Assembly (NCBI GenBank): GCA_050287085.1
Contig: JBNKBE010000016.1
Coordinates: forward strand, 1 to 64,000
Direction: 5' to 3'
Source of the DNA: Polyangiaceae bacterium
GTDB taxonomy: Bacteria > Myxococcota_A > Polyangia > Polyangiales > Polyangiaceae
DNA length: 64,000 nucleotides
The position numbers were made by a program, and so were the translations under genes. The notes beneath the pieces were generated by a model. The model was not told the DNA's origin. It did no database searches and saw nothing but the letters and a program-made list of their open reading frames with translations. The number at the start of each line of letters is the position of its first letter. Position 1 is the first letter of the stretch. Shown piece by piece: positions 9,148 to 19,638 of this stretch.

Positions 9148-9762
9148 GTGAGATCAAGGCAAGTTACGGCTACCGTAGGTTCGTCAGCAAGCGCGCAGCG
9201 CGGGGCTTTCAGCACGTCGTGGGTAGTGGTCCTGCCAGCGGCGGCCCTGCTACTGAGCTCAGCTCTAACGGCGTGTGGGGGTGAGGCGCCGGAGCCGGTT
9301 GTCCCGACCCCGGTGGCCACAGTGCCCCCGCCCCCTCCGCCCCCCCCGCCCCCCATCGTGACCAAGGAAATGGACACGGGTTCCCAGGGTGACATCAATA
9401 TTTCCGCTGATATCCGCGCTGCTTGTGGCATCAGCGAAGCGGAAGCACTCTTCGCTTTCGATTCTGCCACGGTGCGCAAAGGGGATCTGCCCGTGCTGGA
9501 CAAGCTGGCTGCCTGCTTCTCTTCGGGTAAGCTCGCAGGGCGTAGGATGCGCCTGGTGGGTCATGCGGATCCGCGCGGCGACGAGGAGTACAACTTGGTG
9601 CTCGGTGGGCGCCGCGCTGATGGGGTGCGCCAGTACCTGATCGGCTCTGGCATGTCTGCGGGGCAGGTCGACTCCACCTCGCGCGGGGAAATGGACGCTA
9701 CGGGGACGGATGACGCCTCTTGGGCGCGCGACCGCCGCGTGGACGTGTTGCTAGCGGACTGA
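9148..9762 (+). CDS. pal: Peptidoglycan-associated lipoprotein (OmpA C-terminal domain)
   Basis: AGGAGG RBS before GTG 9148, lipobox LTAC, FAFDSA...GHADPRGDEEYNLVLGGRRA...DRRV; directly adjacent to tolQRAB. Confidence 0.85.
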   Translation: MRSRQVTATVGSSASAQRGAFSTSWVVVLPAAALLLSSALTACGGEAPEPVVPTPVATVPPPPPPPPPPIVTKEMDTGSQGDINISADIRAACGISEAEALFAFDSATVRKGDLPVLDKLAACFSSGKLAGRRMRLVGHADPRGDEEYNLVLGGRRADGVRQYLIGSGMSAGQVDSTSRGEMDATGTDDASWARDRRVDVLLAD

Positions 9763-9764
9763 GT

Positions 9765-10460
9765 ATGCAAGCGACAGAGCCCGTAGGTCGGCAGGCGCTC
9801 GATCCCTTCCAACTGATGATGCAGGCGTCCGGCGTTGTGCTGGTCGTTCTGCTCATCCTCGTTGTGGCGTCGTTCGCGGTCTGGGTGATTTGGTTTCTCA
9901 AGGCGTTCCAGCTGTCTCGCATGCGTCGAGCGCAGTTCGAGTTCGAGCATGCGGCGCGCGCCGCGACAGGGGTGGGCGAGCTCATGGGTCTCGCGCGTCA
10001 GCATCCGCTGGCCCCGGGGGCGCATATCGTTCGTGAGCTCGGCAAACGGCGCGCGCATCCGAATCTGAGCGCGGAGCTTCTGATGAGCGTGGCCAAGCGG
10101 GCCATTGTCGCCGAACAGCAACGCGCTTCCCGTCTCATGCCGGCTCTGTCGAGCATTGCATCATCCGCTCCCTTCGTGGGTCTCTTCGGCACGGTATGGG
10201 GCATCATGGACGCATTCCTTCAGATTGGTGCGCACAAGAGCGCTTCGCTTCCCGTTGTTGCTCCCGCCATCGGTGAGGCGCTGATCGCGACGGCCTTTGG
10301 CTTGGTCGCTGCCATTCCAGCTACGATTGGCTACAACTTCATCGACCAGAAGATCACCGATCTATTGGCTGAACTGGACGCGTCAAGCGAGACCTGGGTC
10401 GAGACCATGGCGGCGGATCCAAACCTGGCCGCTCACGCAACGCGCCCTGCAGCAGAGTAA
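9765..10460 (+). CDS. tolQ: TolQ/ExbB/MotA proton channel
   Basis: APFVGLFGTVWGIM and APAIGEALIATAFGLVAAIPA signature helices. Confidence 0.9.
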   Translation: MQATEPVGRQALDPFQLMMQASGVVLVVLLILVVASFAVWVIWFLKAFQLSRMRRAQFEFEHAARAATGVGELMGLARQHPLAPGAHIVRELGKRRAHPNLSAELLMSVAKRAIVAEQQRASRLMPALSSIASSAPFVGLFGTVWGIMDAFLQIGAHKSASLPVVAPAIGEALIATAFGLVAAIPATIGYNFIDQKITDLLAELDASSETWVETMAADPNLAAHATRPAAE

Positions 10461-10462
10461 TC

Positions 10463-10939
10463 ATGGGAGCGCAAATCGGGCGCGGTGGCCGACGCGGATT
10501 TCGCGACATCAATGTGACGCCCCTGGTCGACGTCATGCTCGTGTTGTTGGTCGTCTTCATGGTGACGGCGCCGTTGCTGACGACGGGACTTCAGATCGAC
10601 CTGCCTGATGTCAAGGCGGCGCCTGATGCAGCAAGCATCAAGGACGGAAGATTGCTCGTTACGGTCACCAAGGATCACCGTGTCCTATTTGGTGAAGATG
10701 ACGTGACCGACCACTTTGAGACGGCGCTTCTGGAGAACGAACGCGTCCAACGCGAGAAGGAGCTGTACATTCGTGCCGATAAGATGGCGCGCTACGGCAT
10801 CGTCGCCGAGGTGGTGGCCGCATCCCGCGCAGCCGGCGTTGTCTCGCTGAATCTTTTGGTTGAGCCGGAGACCGATGACAGCCCAGAGCCGTCTGAGGAA
10901 GGCAGCTCGAGTTCGAAGAAGTCCCCTCAGCCTCAATAG
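10463..10939 (+). CDS. tolR: TolR/ExbD protein
   Basis: INVTPLVDVMLVLLVVFMVTAP; IRADK.ARYG. Confidence 0.92.
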   Translation: MGAQIGRGGRRGFRDINVTPLVDVMLVLLVVFMVTAPLLTTGLQIDLPDVKAAPDAASIKDGRLLVTVTKDHRVLFGEDDVTDHFETALLENERVQREKELYIRADKMARYGIVAEVVAASRAAGVVSLNLLVEPETDDSPEPSEEGSSSSKKSPQPQ

Positions 10940-10945
10940 TAGACC

Positions 10946-11734
10946 GTGGCCTCCTCTGAGTACTCCGATCCCTCCTTTGCCGGGCGCGACGTTGTCGTGG
11001 CCGTGCTGTTGGCGTTTTGCGTGGAGGTGGGGCTGCTTGTTCTCTTGGGCACAATGGAACATCGTGCTGGGCCCGCGCGCGATGTCGTTCTGCCGCCCAA
11101 AGCGATAGCCGTCTCGATCAACCCGGTGGTGGAACCGAAGTTCCTGAAGCGCGGCAGCAAAGAAAAGGCCAAATTGCCGACTTTGGCGAAGCCAAAACCA
11201 CAGGCGAAGAAGCGCTACGAGGACAAGTCTGCGCCGAGCGTAAAGGCCGAGAAGCAGCGTGAAGAGCTACCGAAGAACGACGTAATAAAACACGACGAGG
11301 AGCCGCCTCCCAAGGACGCCGAGCTAGCAAGGTCGGTGGAGCCGGACATCGAAGTGGACCAGCCTGAGCCCACCTTGCAGAACGAGATCGGGCATGAAGA
11401 CGGAACCGAGGACGGAACCGAGACCGACCCGCTGAAGGCCCACGTTGTCAGCCAGTACCGATTGAAGCTGATCGCATGGTTCAAGGCCGGGTTTGTGACG
11501 GGTGATCCGTCTCAGTGCGCGCTGAGCGCGGTTGCTACAGTTGTCATTTCAGGCGGAACGTTTCAGAGCTACACGCTCAGTTCGAGCGGAGACGCGGCAT
11601 TTGACGCCCGGGTGCGCTCGACGCTGGACCGCAAGATCGGCCAGCAGGTACCCCCTCCACCGCCAAAGTATCCGGAGCTGCTCACCCCAACGCTTACCAC
11701 CCGCTTTTCTGGAAAGAATGCATCATGCAAGTAA
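10946..11734 (+). CDS. tolA: TolA/TonB-like energy transducer
   Basis: N-terminal TM, Lys/Glu/Pro-rich linker, C-terminal SSGDAAFDA motif; lies between tolR and tolB. Confidence 0.75.
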   Translation: MASSEYSDPSFAGRDVVVAVLLAFCVEVGLLVLLGTMEHRAGPARDVVLPPKAIAVSINPVVEPKFLKRGSKEKAKLPTLAKPKPQAKKRYEDKSAPSVKAEKQREELPKNDVIKHDEEPPPKDAELARSVEPDIEVDQPEPTLQNEIGHEDGTEDGTETDPLKAHVVSQYRLKLIAWFKAGFVTGDPSQCALSAVATVVISGGTFQSYTLSSSGDAAFDARVRSTLDRKIGQQVPPPPPKYPELLTPTLTTRFSGKNASCK

Positions 11735-13167
11735 GAATCGAGGACCCCAGAGTTTCTCCTGGCACCCGTGAGGCCGCGACGGCGTCAAGCTTCGGCTCTC
11801 ATCCCGGTCGGGTAGCGACCAAGCGGGTCGGCTTCTGGATGGTACTTGGCTGCATGGTGGCCGCACTTCTGCCAGAAACGCGCGCGTATGGGCAGACCAG
11901 GCCACAGCCGAGTGAAGATGCGCTGGGGGAACTGCTCATCACGGGGGAACAGGCGGATACTCGTCCCAAACTGGTGATTCTACCTTCGCTATCGCCCGAT
12001 CTTGAGGACGTTATCGTGCGCGGCGTCGTGCGCCGCGACTTCGAGTTGTCCGGATTGTTCCGCATGCTCGATGATGCCAAAGCGCCGCCCGGCTCCTACG
12101 GATTTGAAGATGCGGTGAACATCGCGGCTTGGCAGTCGCTCGGTGCTCAGATCATCGTCAAGCTTGCAGCGCGCAAGGTGGATGGTGAGCAGATCGAGGT
12201 CAAGGGGCTAGCGTACCTGGTGGCGGCGGGGCAGGCCCCGGTATATGAAAAGTCGATCGTGGTGCGCAAAAACCAGGTGCGGGTTACCGCCCACCGCATC
12301 ACCGACGCATTGCTCGGTGCACTCACGGGTCGCGAAGGAGGCTTCGCCAGCCGCTTGGCGTTTTCGACGAAGTGGGGGCGCAACCATACGCTCTTCACGG
12401 TGGACGCTGATGGTCACAACATCTCGCGGCAGACGGATCCTGCCATGACCAGCATGGCCCCTGCTTGGGGACCGGACGGCTACCTTTTCTACGTCGAGAG
12501 CCGCAACTACGCGCCGTTTCGGATGATGCGATTGGGGGAGAGTCGTCCACTAGCGCTGGAGTTCAAAGAATCGGTTTATGGCGTCGCGTTCAACGCCGAT
12601 GGCAGTCGCCTTGCCGTCAGCGTAGCAACTCCGGGCGGAAGCGCGATCTTCGTCGGCAACGGTGACGGTACCGACATGAACAAAGTGTCGAAGACGCCGC
12701 TGGCGGTGCACCCGGTGTTCAGTCCTTCCGGCAAGCTCGCCTGGGTCGGTGGGGAGCCGGAGCACGGCACGCAGCGCGTCTACGTGGACGGCAAGCCCGT
12801 TTCCCCAAGTGGCTTCAGCGCGGCGTCCCCCGCTTTTTGTGATAGCGAAGACGGGATTCGACTCGTGTTCTCCGTATCGGTAGGGGGCGATCGACGGGAT
12901 CTGGTCATGACCGGCGAAAGCGGCGGACCGATGGCGCGGCTCACCCAGGGCAAGGGCTCGAACACGTATCCCGCCTGCAGCTCGGACGGGCGGCTCCTAG
13001 CCTTCTTCTCCACTCGGGAGGAGGCACCCGGCTTGTACGTGAAGTCGCTGAAGACGTTTCAAGACATGAAGATATCGAGCCGCGTTGGCGAGTCTTTGCG
13101 CTGGGCCCCATTGCCTCCGCCTGACAAGCCCCAACCCACGGAGCCTGGTTTCCATCAACCCAAGTAG
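11725..13167 (+). CDS. tolB: TolB (N-terminal domain plus PD40 beta-propeller)
   Basis: DFELSGLF, AHRITD....LTGREGGFASRLAF, and repeats PAWGPDG / PVFSPSG / PACSSDG. True start may be downstream. Confidence 0.88.
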   Translation: MQVRIEDPRVSPGTREAATASSFGSHPGRVATKRVGFWMVLGCMVAALLPETRAYGQTRPQPSEDALGELLITGEQADTRPKLVILPSLSPDLEDVIVRGVVRRDFELSGLFRMLDDAKAPPGSYGFEDAVNIAAWQSLGAQIIVKLAARKVDGEQIEVKGLAYLVAAGQAPVYEKSIVVRKNQVRVTAHRITDALLGALTGREGGFASRLAFSTKWGRNHTLFTVDADGHNISRQTDPAMTSMAPAWGPDGYLFYVESRNYAPFRMMRLGESRPLALEFKESVYGVAFNADGSRLAVSVATPGGSAIFVGNGDGTDMNKVSKTPLAVHPVFSPSGKLAWVGGEPEHGTQRVYVDGKPVSPSGFSAASPAFCDSEDGIRLVFSVSVGGDRRDLVMTGESGGPMARLTQGKGSNTYPACSSDGRLLAFFSTREEAPGLYVKSLKTFQDMKISSRVGESLRWAPLPPPDKPQPTEPGFHQPK

Positions 13168-13199
13168 AGCGAGTTGGAGCGCAGAGGGGGCTCGGCTAG

Positions 13200-13760
13200 C
13201 TAGGGACCCATCAGGAGCCCAGCCAGCCCCATCGCGATCTGTACGTCCCCATCCAATTCGAGCCGTCCGTTCATCAACAGTTCGAGGGGGTGGGTCTTGC
13301 CTTGACGCAGCTCTTCGATGGCGTCAAGGCCACAGCGTACGACGCAAGCGGCTTCGAGCTGGCCCGTTCCGGGAAGCACCTCCACACGATAGCTTTCTGG
13401 ACCACTCACCTCCAGTGCGAGTCCTCCAGGCAGTCCGCGCAGCAACTGCCGCGCCTCTTCATCGAGGGCGATCAACCGTTGCAGTACGATCGGCTCGGCT
13501 TCGGCGGAAGCGCCCATCGCTTGTCCCACCAGGGCGTCGAACGTGCGCCGGGTCGCTCGCAGGCTTAGCAGGGCGTCCGCCGCTGCGGGACCGCTCACGG
13601 TCGTCAGCTGACCGCCTTCCACGCGCACGCTGAAGGCCTCGTCTCCAATCGTAGCGTGGGCCGATAGCGAGAGGGCGGCCGCGTCGGGAACAGCGACCTT
13701 GGCGGTGGCCCATTGCGAAGCCAGCCAATCATGGAAGAAGGTTCGAGGGGTGATGTTCAT
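13200..13760 (-). CDS. SCP2 sterol/lipid-binding domain protein (two SCP2-like halves)
   Basis: C-terminal HPLELLMNGRLELDGDVQIAMGL SCP2 motif. Start overlaps the PilZ stop (ATGA). Confidence 0.7.
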   Translation of the reverse strand: MNITPRTFFHDWLASQWATAKVAVPDAAALSLSAHATIGDEAFSVRVEGGQLTTVSGPAAADALLSLRATRRTFDALVGQAMGASAEAEPIVLQRLIALDEEARQLLRGLPGGLALEVSGPESYRVEVLPGTGQLEAACVVRCGLDAIEELRQGKTHPLELLMNGRLELDGDVQIAMGLAGLLMGP

Positions 13761-14065
13761 TTGTGCATGCGCGTCAACTGCGTGATCCGATGCGTTGCAC
13801 GGGCGCCCAACAAGCCGAACTGTACTCCAAAACCGTCTTCGCTTACCCAGCGAACCGTTGCCGACAGCGCCATGGGCTGCGCTTCGCCCGGGAAGCTCAT
13901 CAGCACTGTGAGCTCGGTGCCGTATGCGGGCTTCGAGTCTGCGGCTAGGAACATTCCTCCAAGGCTGAGATCTTTGGCATTCGCGTCGACGGACTCCCCT
14001 CCTGGGACGGAGTAGGTGACCGGAACGCGGAGCGTGATTCGCTCATGTAGGCGCTTTTCGTGCAC
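13757..14065 (-). CDS. PilZ domain c-di-GMP-binding protein
   Basis: RxxxR (RLHER), DLSLGG, VRW...GFGVQF. Confidence 0.9.
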   Translation of the reverse strand: MHEKRLHERITLRVPVTYSVPGGESVDANAKDLSLGGMFLAADSKPAYGTELTVLMSFPGEAQPMALSATVRWVSEDGFGVQFGLLGARATHRITQLTRMHK

Positions 14066-14154
14066 TGAGGACGACCTCGGGTTCTTGAAGTATCCGATCT
14101 GCTGCTGTGCCGCGTCGCGGATCCTTGTTATCGTTGGGTTCTAGCACGAGTTTC

Positions 14155-15018
14155 ATGGGGACCCAAAGCGATGCAGCGCCGCGCTTCGGCGGCTGGAGAG
14201 TCAGTGCCGTTTTGGCGAGCCTGACGGTGTTGTTGAGTCTCGTTTCGGTGCCTCGGCCGGTGGAGCCGGAGCACCTTCCCATGCCGATCGTGGGGGCTGC
14301 TCAGCTGCGCCAGCTCCTGCGTGCGACCGAGGCCCGTGAGCATGCAACGCCGAGGTTGCCCTACGAGGTGCGTGCAGTCGGGGAAGCCTACCGTGCCGTA
14401 GGGCGGGCTCACGCCTCCGGGCAGGGTGAGAGCCATGCTCTCGAGGTACTTCGCTCGGTGACCCACGCGGCGGCTCGGGCGCACGGAGGTCATCCGCTGA
14501 TGCTCCTGCGCGACGTGCAGTCTCAGCTATTTTTGGCCGCCGCTTTGAGCGAAGAGAGCGAAGCGCGCCGTTCGGAGCTCTCCGAGCTTCTTGGTGAGCC
14601 AAGCCCTCCCAGCCTTGCGGACGGACGTGTTCTGCGGGATGTGCAACCGGAGCTGCTGGCGCTTTTTCGCGTGCGATGGGCCGAGCTGACCGGGCTCCAT
14701 ACAGCCGTTGCATTTCGTCCCACGGCGGCGGAGCACCTGCTTGCAGCGCGTCTGCAACTGGTCAGCACCACGCCGTTCCTGGCGGAGGAGCTCACCCGGG
14801 CCCGGCTGGCGGCGGTGGCCACCATGACTCGTTTCGACGACACCTATCCCAGTGAGCTCGCCCGCGGGATCATTCTGCAGCAAGCGCAACGGCCGGGCCT
14901 CGCCCTGGACGCGTATCGTCGCTTCTTGATCGAACACACCGGTGGGCCGTACGCGCTCGCAGCACGCAACTACTTTGCCTCGGTTGTCCGACAAGTCGTC
15001 GCGGACTCTCCGCAGTAG
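14155..15018 (+). CDS. Hypothetical membrane-anchored helical protein (TPR-like C-terminus)
   Basis: TM segment VLASLTVLLSLVSV; C-terminal LARGIIL...ALDAYRRFL..H..GPY. Start uncertain. Confidence 0.6.
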   Translation: MGTQSDAAPRFGGWRVSAVLASLTVLLSLVSVPRPVEPEHLPMPIVGAAQLRQLLRATEAREHATPRLPYEVRAVGEAYRAVGRAHASGQGESHALEVLRSVTHAAARAHGGHPLMLLRDVQSQLFLAAALSEESEARRSELSELLGEPSPPSLADGRVLRDVQPELLALFRVRWAELTGLHTAVAFRPTAAEHLLAARLQLVSTTPFLAEELTRARLAAVATMTRFDDTYPSELARGIILQQAQRPGLALDAYRRFLIEHTGGPYALAARNYFASVVRQVVADSPQ

Positions 15019-15285
15019 TCCTGGGGAGCTTGCTTTTCACGCGCCCACCTCGCGGCGCTCTCGACCGGCTCGCGACTGGTCTTCGCATCCGCGCCCCCAC
15101 TTCGTGCCGGGCTCGCGTTGCAGCGGAGGGGCGCGTGGCCGGGGCGGGTCTTGTGTTCGATTGGACAAAGTACTACCAGCCCAGGGGAGCATGTGGCTGC
15201 CACGCTTGAACCTGACCCCGCCCGACGTCCCCCCTTGTAGCGATGCTGTCTTTGGGCGAAGCGCCTGGGCGATGAGAGGTCTTTG

Positions 15286-18200
15286 ATGAGCGAGCCGTCG
15301 AATCTGGCCGCGCTGGGGTTTGCTCTCCAGGATGGCGTGGTGGGCTGCACGGTTGCGGAGTGGGCGGCCGGAGTGCGCGGACCGGGTGTATACTCGGCCT
15401 CCGGGGTTGCTGGAGCGGGACTCGCCCTGCTTGTTGAGCGGCTGCGGCAGCGGCATCCGCAGGTCGTTGTGGTAGCGGCCGACAACGCGGCCTTGGCGGC
15501 GATCGCAGATGATCTCCAGCACGTGCTCGAACGGGCCGCGCAGCCGCGCCCCTGTGTCATTCCGGGACCAGAGGAGGATCCTTACGCACGGCTTTCGGCG
15601 GACCGCAAGCTACTCCAGCAACGCGTGGCGGGGCTCAGTGCACTAGCTGAACACACCGCGCCGGTCGTAGCCGTCAGTGCTGCGACACTGCTGCGACGAG
15701 TGCCTCCGCGCTCCGTTCTGCAACACGGCGCCGTCAGGATCGCAATCGACACCGAAATCGATACCAGTGCGATGGCTGAGCGGCTGGTCGCGGCGGGCTA
15801 TCTGCGCGTGCCGGTGGTTGAGGACCCGGCGACGTTTGCTCTTCGCGGCGGGGTTTTCGACGTCTGGGGAGCGGGGGCGCGGGAGCCTGTGCGGTTCGAG
15901 CTTTTCGGCGACCTAGTGCTCTCCGGCAAGCGTTTCGACGCTGAAAGTCAGCGCACCTTGGACGAGGTGCAGAGCGAGTTCTTACCACCTGCTCGCGAGG
16001 TAATCGCGACGCCCGAAAGCGTTGAGCGCGCCAGTCGGGAGCTTCGCGCGCTAGCAGACGCCGTCAACTTTCCCTCGAGCAAAGCACGCCGGCTGATCGA
16101 AGAGGTTACCTCGGCGCGTTCTCATTTCGATCTGTCGGCGTACCTGCCGGCGTTCTATCCGCTCGAGACGCTCTGGGACTTCATTCATCCCGACGCGGTC
16201 GTGGTGTTTCACGAAGCCGCAAGTTGCATTCGCGAGTTCCGGCGTCAGCGGCAGGCGTGTGAGCTCTCCCATTCCCACCAGGGTGAGCAGCCTCACTTCG
16301 AGCTTTCGGCGCTATGCGTTGAACCCAGCGAGCTGGAAGCGAGTCTTCAAGGGCGGCGACTTGCCACGGTGGGCGCGAGCCTCGTCCGGGGGCCGGAGCA
16401 GAGCAGTTGGCTTGAGCGTTTGGAAGCACCGCCTGCTGAGGCTCCCTCGATGGGGCAACGTGACCTTTCCGAGCTGCGGAGGGATGTCAAGACGGCGCGT
16501 GCTGAGTCAGGCAAGGCTGCGGCGCTCGATCCGCTGATCAGGCGGCTAGGCGCGTGGCAAGCCGAAGGGCTTCGTGTGGAGATCGTGGCCCGCTCGGAAG
16601 CGCAAGCCGGGCGTTTGGCGTCCATGCTCAGGCACCACGATATTCAGGTGAGCCGCGACGCGAGTGGAGCCGCGTCGGAGGTACATCTGGTCGTCGGCAA
16701 ATTGGCGCACGGAGTGATCGCTCCGTTTGAGCGATGTGTGTGGCTGACCGAGGAGGAGATCTTCGGTCAACGCGCTCACGGGGGGCGCAGTCGTCGCGCA
16801 AACAAAGACAATCTGCTCGACTTGCGCGCCCTCTCCGTCGGTGACGCCGTGGTCCACGTAGAGCACGGCGTTGGACGCTACTTGGGCTTGCAGACTCAGC
16901 CCGGACCGGGTGGGAGTCTTCTCGAACTCGTGGTGGTCGAGTATCTGGGGGGGAAGCTGTTTCTCCCGGTCTACCGACTCAATCAGATTCAGAAGTTTTC
17001 TGGGGGGGAGCACCCCAAGCTAGATCGACTGGGCGGGCAAACCTTTGCTAAGACCAAGGCACGCGCTCGCAAGAAGGCGCGCGAGATGGCCGATGAGCTT
17101 CTGCGGCTTTACGCTGAGCGGCATGCTGCGACGAAAGAACCCGTCCCTCCCGCGGACGACGACTATCTAGCGTTCGAGGCAGCATTCCCGTACGAAGAGA
17201 CCGGCGACCAGGCTGCCGCCATTGTCGACGTCGCGAGCGATCTGGAGTCGTCTCGTGTGATGGATCGTTTGGTTTGCGGTGACGTGGGCTTTGGCAAGAC
17301 GGAGGTTGCGCTGCGGGCGGCGTTCCGGGTTGCGGCGTCCGGAAAGCAGGTAGCAGTATTGTGTCCAACCACGGTGCTCGCCCAACAGCACTACCTCACG
17401 TTTCAGCGGCGTCTAGAGGAGACTCCGTTCAATGTTCGTGTCCTCAGTCGCTTTCAGACCAAGAAGCAGGTCAGCGAGACCCTGGCTGGGTTGCGCAAGG
17501 GGACGGTGGACATGGTTGTCGGCACACACCGCTTGCTATCCAAGGACTTGCAGTTCGCACGTTTGGGCTTGCTCGTGGTGGACGAGGAACAGCGCTTTGG
17601 TGTCGTGCACAAGGAACGGATCAAGCAGCTACGGACGAGTATCGACGCGCTCACTTTGACGGCGACGCCGATCCCCCGAACCCTGCAGCAGGCGATCGGC
17701 GGATTGAGGGAGATGTCGTTGATTTCGACGCCCCCAGCGGCTCGCCGCGCGGTGCGCACAGTGGTCGCCCAGTTTGACGATGGCATTGTGCGGGAGGCGG
17801 TGGAGCGGGAGCTGTCACGCGGAGGACAGGTGTACTACGTCTACAACCGCATCGAGGGTTTGCACGAGCGAGCTGCGCGCTTAGCGGTATTGTTTCCTCA
17901 AGCCAAGATCGCCGTCAGTCACGGTCAGATGCGCGAGGCGCTATTGGAGCGTACCATGCTCGAGTTCATGGAGGGTCACTTTGACGTGCTGGTGACCACC
18001 GCGATTGTGGAGAGTGGTCTCGACATTCCGCGAGCCAACACCATGATCATCGACCGCGCTGATCTATTCGGGCTCGCGCAGCTCTACCAGCTTCGCGGAC
18101 GGGTCGGACGTTCCATGGAGCGCGCGTTCTGCTATCTCTTGGTTCCGGCGCCTTCTGAACTCTCGGAGGAAGCCCGCGCACGAATCGAGGCGTTGGAGCG

Positions 18201-18825
18201 CCACACTGAGCTCGGCTCTGGCTTTCAGATCGCGGCACTCGATATGGAGCTGCGCGGCGCGGGGGATCTGCTGGGCGCCGAACAAAGTGGAACTGTCGCC
18301 AGCGTCGGGGTCGAGCTGTTTTCCCGTATGCTCGAGGAGGCGGCAGCCGAGCTGCGTGGTGAAGAGGTCATTTTCGACATCGAGCCGGAGCTCAGCTTCG
18401 ATCTGCAGGCACTGCTGCCGGAGAGCTATGTCGACGACGTTGGGGTGCGGCTATCTCTCTACAAGCGGCTCGCCAGCGCCTCGTCGCAAGCGGAGGTTGT
18501 CCGTCTCGGCACGGAGATGGAAGATCGCTTTGGGCCGCCTCCGAACGAGGCTCGCTGTTTTGTTCAAATGATGACGCTCAAGCCCGCCTTGAGGCGCCTG
18601 CGGGTGACGGTATGTGAGGGGACGAGCTCAGGGGTAGCACTGCGCTTTCGCGACGATACACCGCTGCAGGCGGCCAAGCTCGTGGAGCTTGTGGCGCGCA
18701 GTCGGGACCGCTACAAACTGCAGCCCGATGGACGTTTGGTGCGCCGCATCCAAGAGACTGAGCGCCGCATGAATAGCCTGGAACTGGCGGAGCTCCTGCT
18801 GACAGAGCTGGAAGCACAGCTATGA
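15286..18825 (+). CDS. mfd: Transcription-repair coupling factor
   Basis: UvrB-homology region (FALRGGVFDVW), RID (GDAVVHVEHGVGRY), CGDVGFGKTEVA, DEEQRFGV, QLRGRVGR, DMELRGAGDLLG and the TRCF C-terminus. Confidence 0.97.
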   Translation: MSEPSNLAALGFALQDGVVGCTVAEWAAGVRGPGVYSASGVAGAGLALLVERLRQRHPQVVVVAADNAALAAIADDLQHVLERAAQPRPCVIPGPEEDPYARLSADRKLLQQRVAGLSALAEHTAPVVAVSAATLLRRVPPRSVLQHGAVRIAIDTEIDTSAMAERLVAAGYLRVPVVEDPATFALRGGVFDVWGAGAREPVRFELFGDLVLSGKRFDAESQRTLDEVQSEFLPPAREVIATPESVERASRELRALADAVNFPSSKARRLIEEVTSARSHFDLSAYLPAFYPLETLWDFIHPDAVVVFHEAASCIREFRRQRQACELSHSHQGEQPHFELSALCVEPSELEASLQGRRLATVGASLVRGPEQSSWLERLEAPPAEAPSMGQRDLSELRRDVKTARAESGKAAALDPLIRRLGAWQAEGLRVEIVARSEAQAGRLASMLRHHDIQVSRDASGAASEVHLVVGKLAHGVIAPFERCVWLTEEEIFGQRAHGGRSRRANKDNLLDLRALSVGDAVVHVEHGVGRYLGLQTQPGPGGSLLELVVVEYLGGKLFLPVYRLNQIQKFSGGEHPKLDRLGGQTFAKTKARARKKAREMADELLRLYAERHAATKEPVPPADDDYLAFEAAFPYEETGDQAAAIVDVASDLESSRVMDRLVCGDVGFGKTEVALRAAFRVAASGKQVAVLCPTTVLAQQHYLTFQRRLEETPFNVRVLSRFQTKKQVSETLAGLRKGTVDMVVGTHRLLSKDLQFARLGLLVVDEEQRFGVVHKERIKQLRTSIDALTLTATPIPRTLQQAIGGLREMSLISTPPAARRAVRTVVAQFDDGIVREAVERELSRGGQVYYVYNRIEGLHERAARLAVLFPQAKIAVSHGQMREALLERTMLEFMEGHFDVLVTTAIVESGLDIPRANTMIIDRADLFGLAQLYQLRGRVGRSMERAFCYLLVPAPSELSEEARARIEALERHTELGSGFQIAALDMELRGAGDLLGAEQSGTVASVGVELFSRMLEEAAAELRGEEVIFDIEPELSFDLQALLPESYVDDVGVRLSLYKRLASASSQAEVVRLGTEMEDRFGPPPNEARCFVQMMTLKPALRRLRVTVCEGTSSGVALRFRDDTPLQAAKLVELVARSRDRYKLQPDGRLVRRIQETERRMNSLELAELLLTELEAQL

Positions 18826-18924
18826 CCCTATGACCTCGGTAGAGTCGCCGCTATCGTGCCCGTCACCGGGGGGCAGCGGCACGAATCTGCTTGGGTTTCG
18901 TGTAGAATCGGCTTACTGACGACC

Positions 18925-19638
18925 ATGGCAGTGAAGGCGTTGCTTGTGGCCCCACTTTTGGTTGCTGTCGCGTGTGCGCCGGTGGTCTCGAAGCAGGCCC
19001 TGTCCGACAGCGGTAGCCCGCCGCCCGTGGGCTACTACTACGGAGCGGCGCAGCCCGCGGAGTTTCGGCAGGCGTCCCCGACCGAGTCCACCGCACCTTC
19101 GACCAAGAGTGCCGTTCGCAGGGCAGCAAAGGTCGAGGGCGAGGAGAAGAAAGATGCGGCGTCCTCGCCGGCGAGTTCGACTGCTGAGCAGAAGGAAACG
19201 CCAGCAAAGCCGTCTGAGGACAACAAGTCGGCGAGCCCGTGGGCGGGGGACTATCTGGGGCGGGACACGCTCAAACTCGAGCTCGCGAACCGCACCGCGC
19301 CCCCTCAAGTCGACGACGGCGCAAAGCTTCGCGTGGATGTCGATGGGCAGCGCGTGACCTTCGTGGTTGTTGATAGTCAAGAGGGGCAGGAATTGTGCTC
19401 CGTATCTGGACCGCTTTCAGCGGATCAGGCGGTGATCGAATTGGAGCAAGTGGCAGATTGCTTTTCCGGGCTCTTGCCGCTGCCCATGCAGACGGAACTA
19501 GCGCGCGGCCGGTGCGAGCTTGCTAGTGGCGAACTCACGTTGCGCTTCGCGTTGGACGTTACGGTTGCCACCGACGAGCTGACGCTCGAAGGGGAGCTCG
19601 AATACGAGTTTGTCGGCAAGCCGCAGAAGAAGGACTGA
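18925..19638 (+). CDS. Hypothetical lipoprotein
   Basis: Lipobox AVAC, low-complexity linker, beta-rich C-terminal domain. Confidence 0.65.
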   Translation: MAVKALLVAPLLVAVACAPVVSKQALSDSGSPPPVGYYYGAAQPAEFRQASPTESTAPSTKSAVRRAAKVEGEEKKDAASSPASSTAEQKETPAKPSEDNKSASPWAGDYLGRDTLKLELANRTAPPQVDDGAKLRVDVDGQRVTFVVVDSQEGQELCSVSGPLSADQAVIELEQVADCFSGLLPLPMQTELARGRCELASGELTLRFALDVTVATDELTLEGELEYEFVGKPQKKD

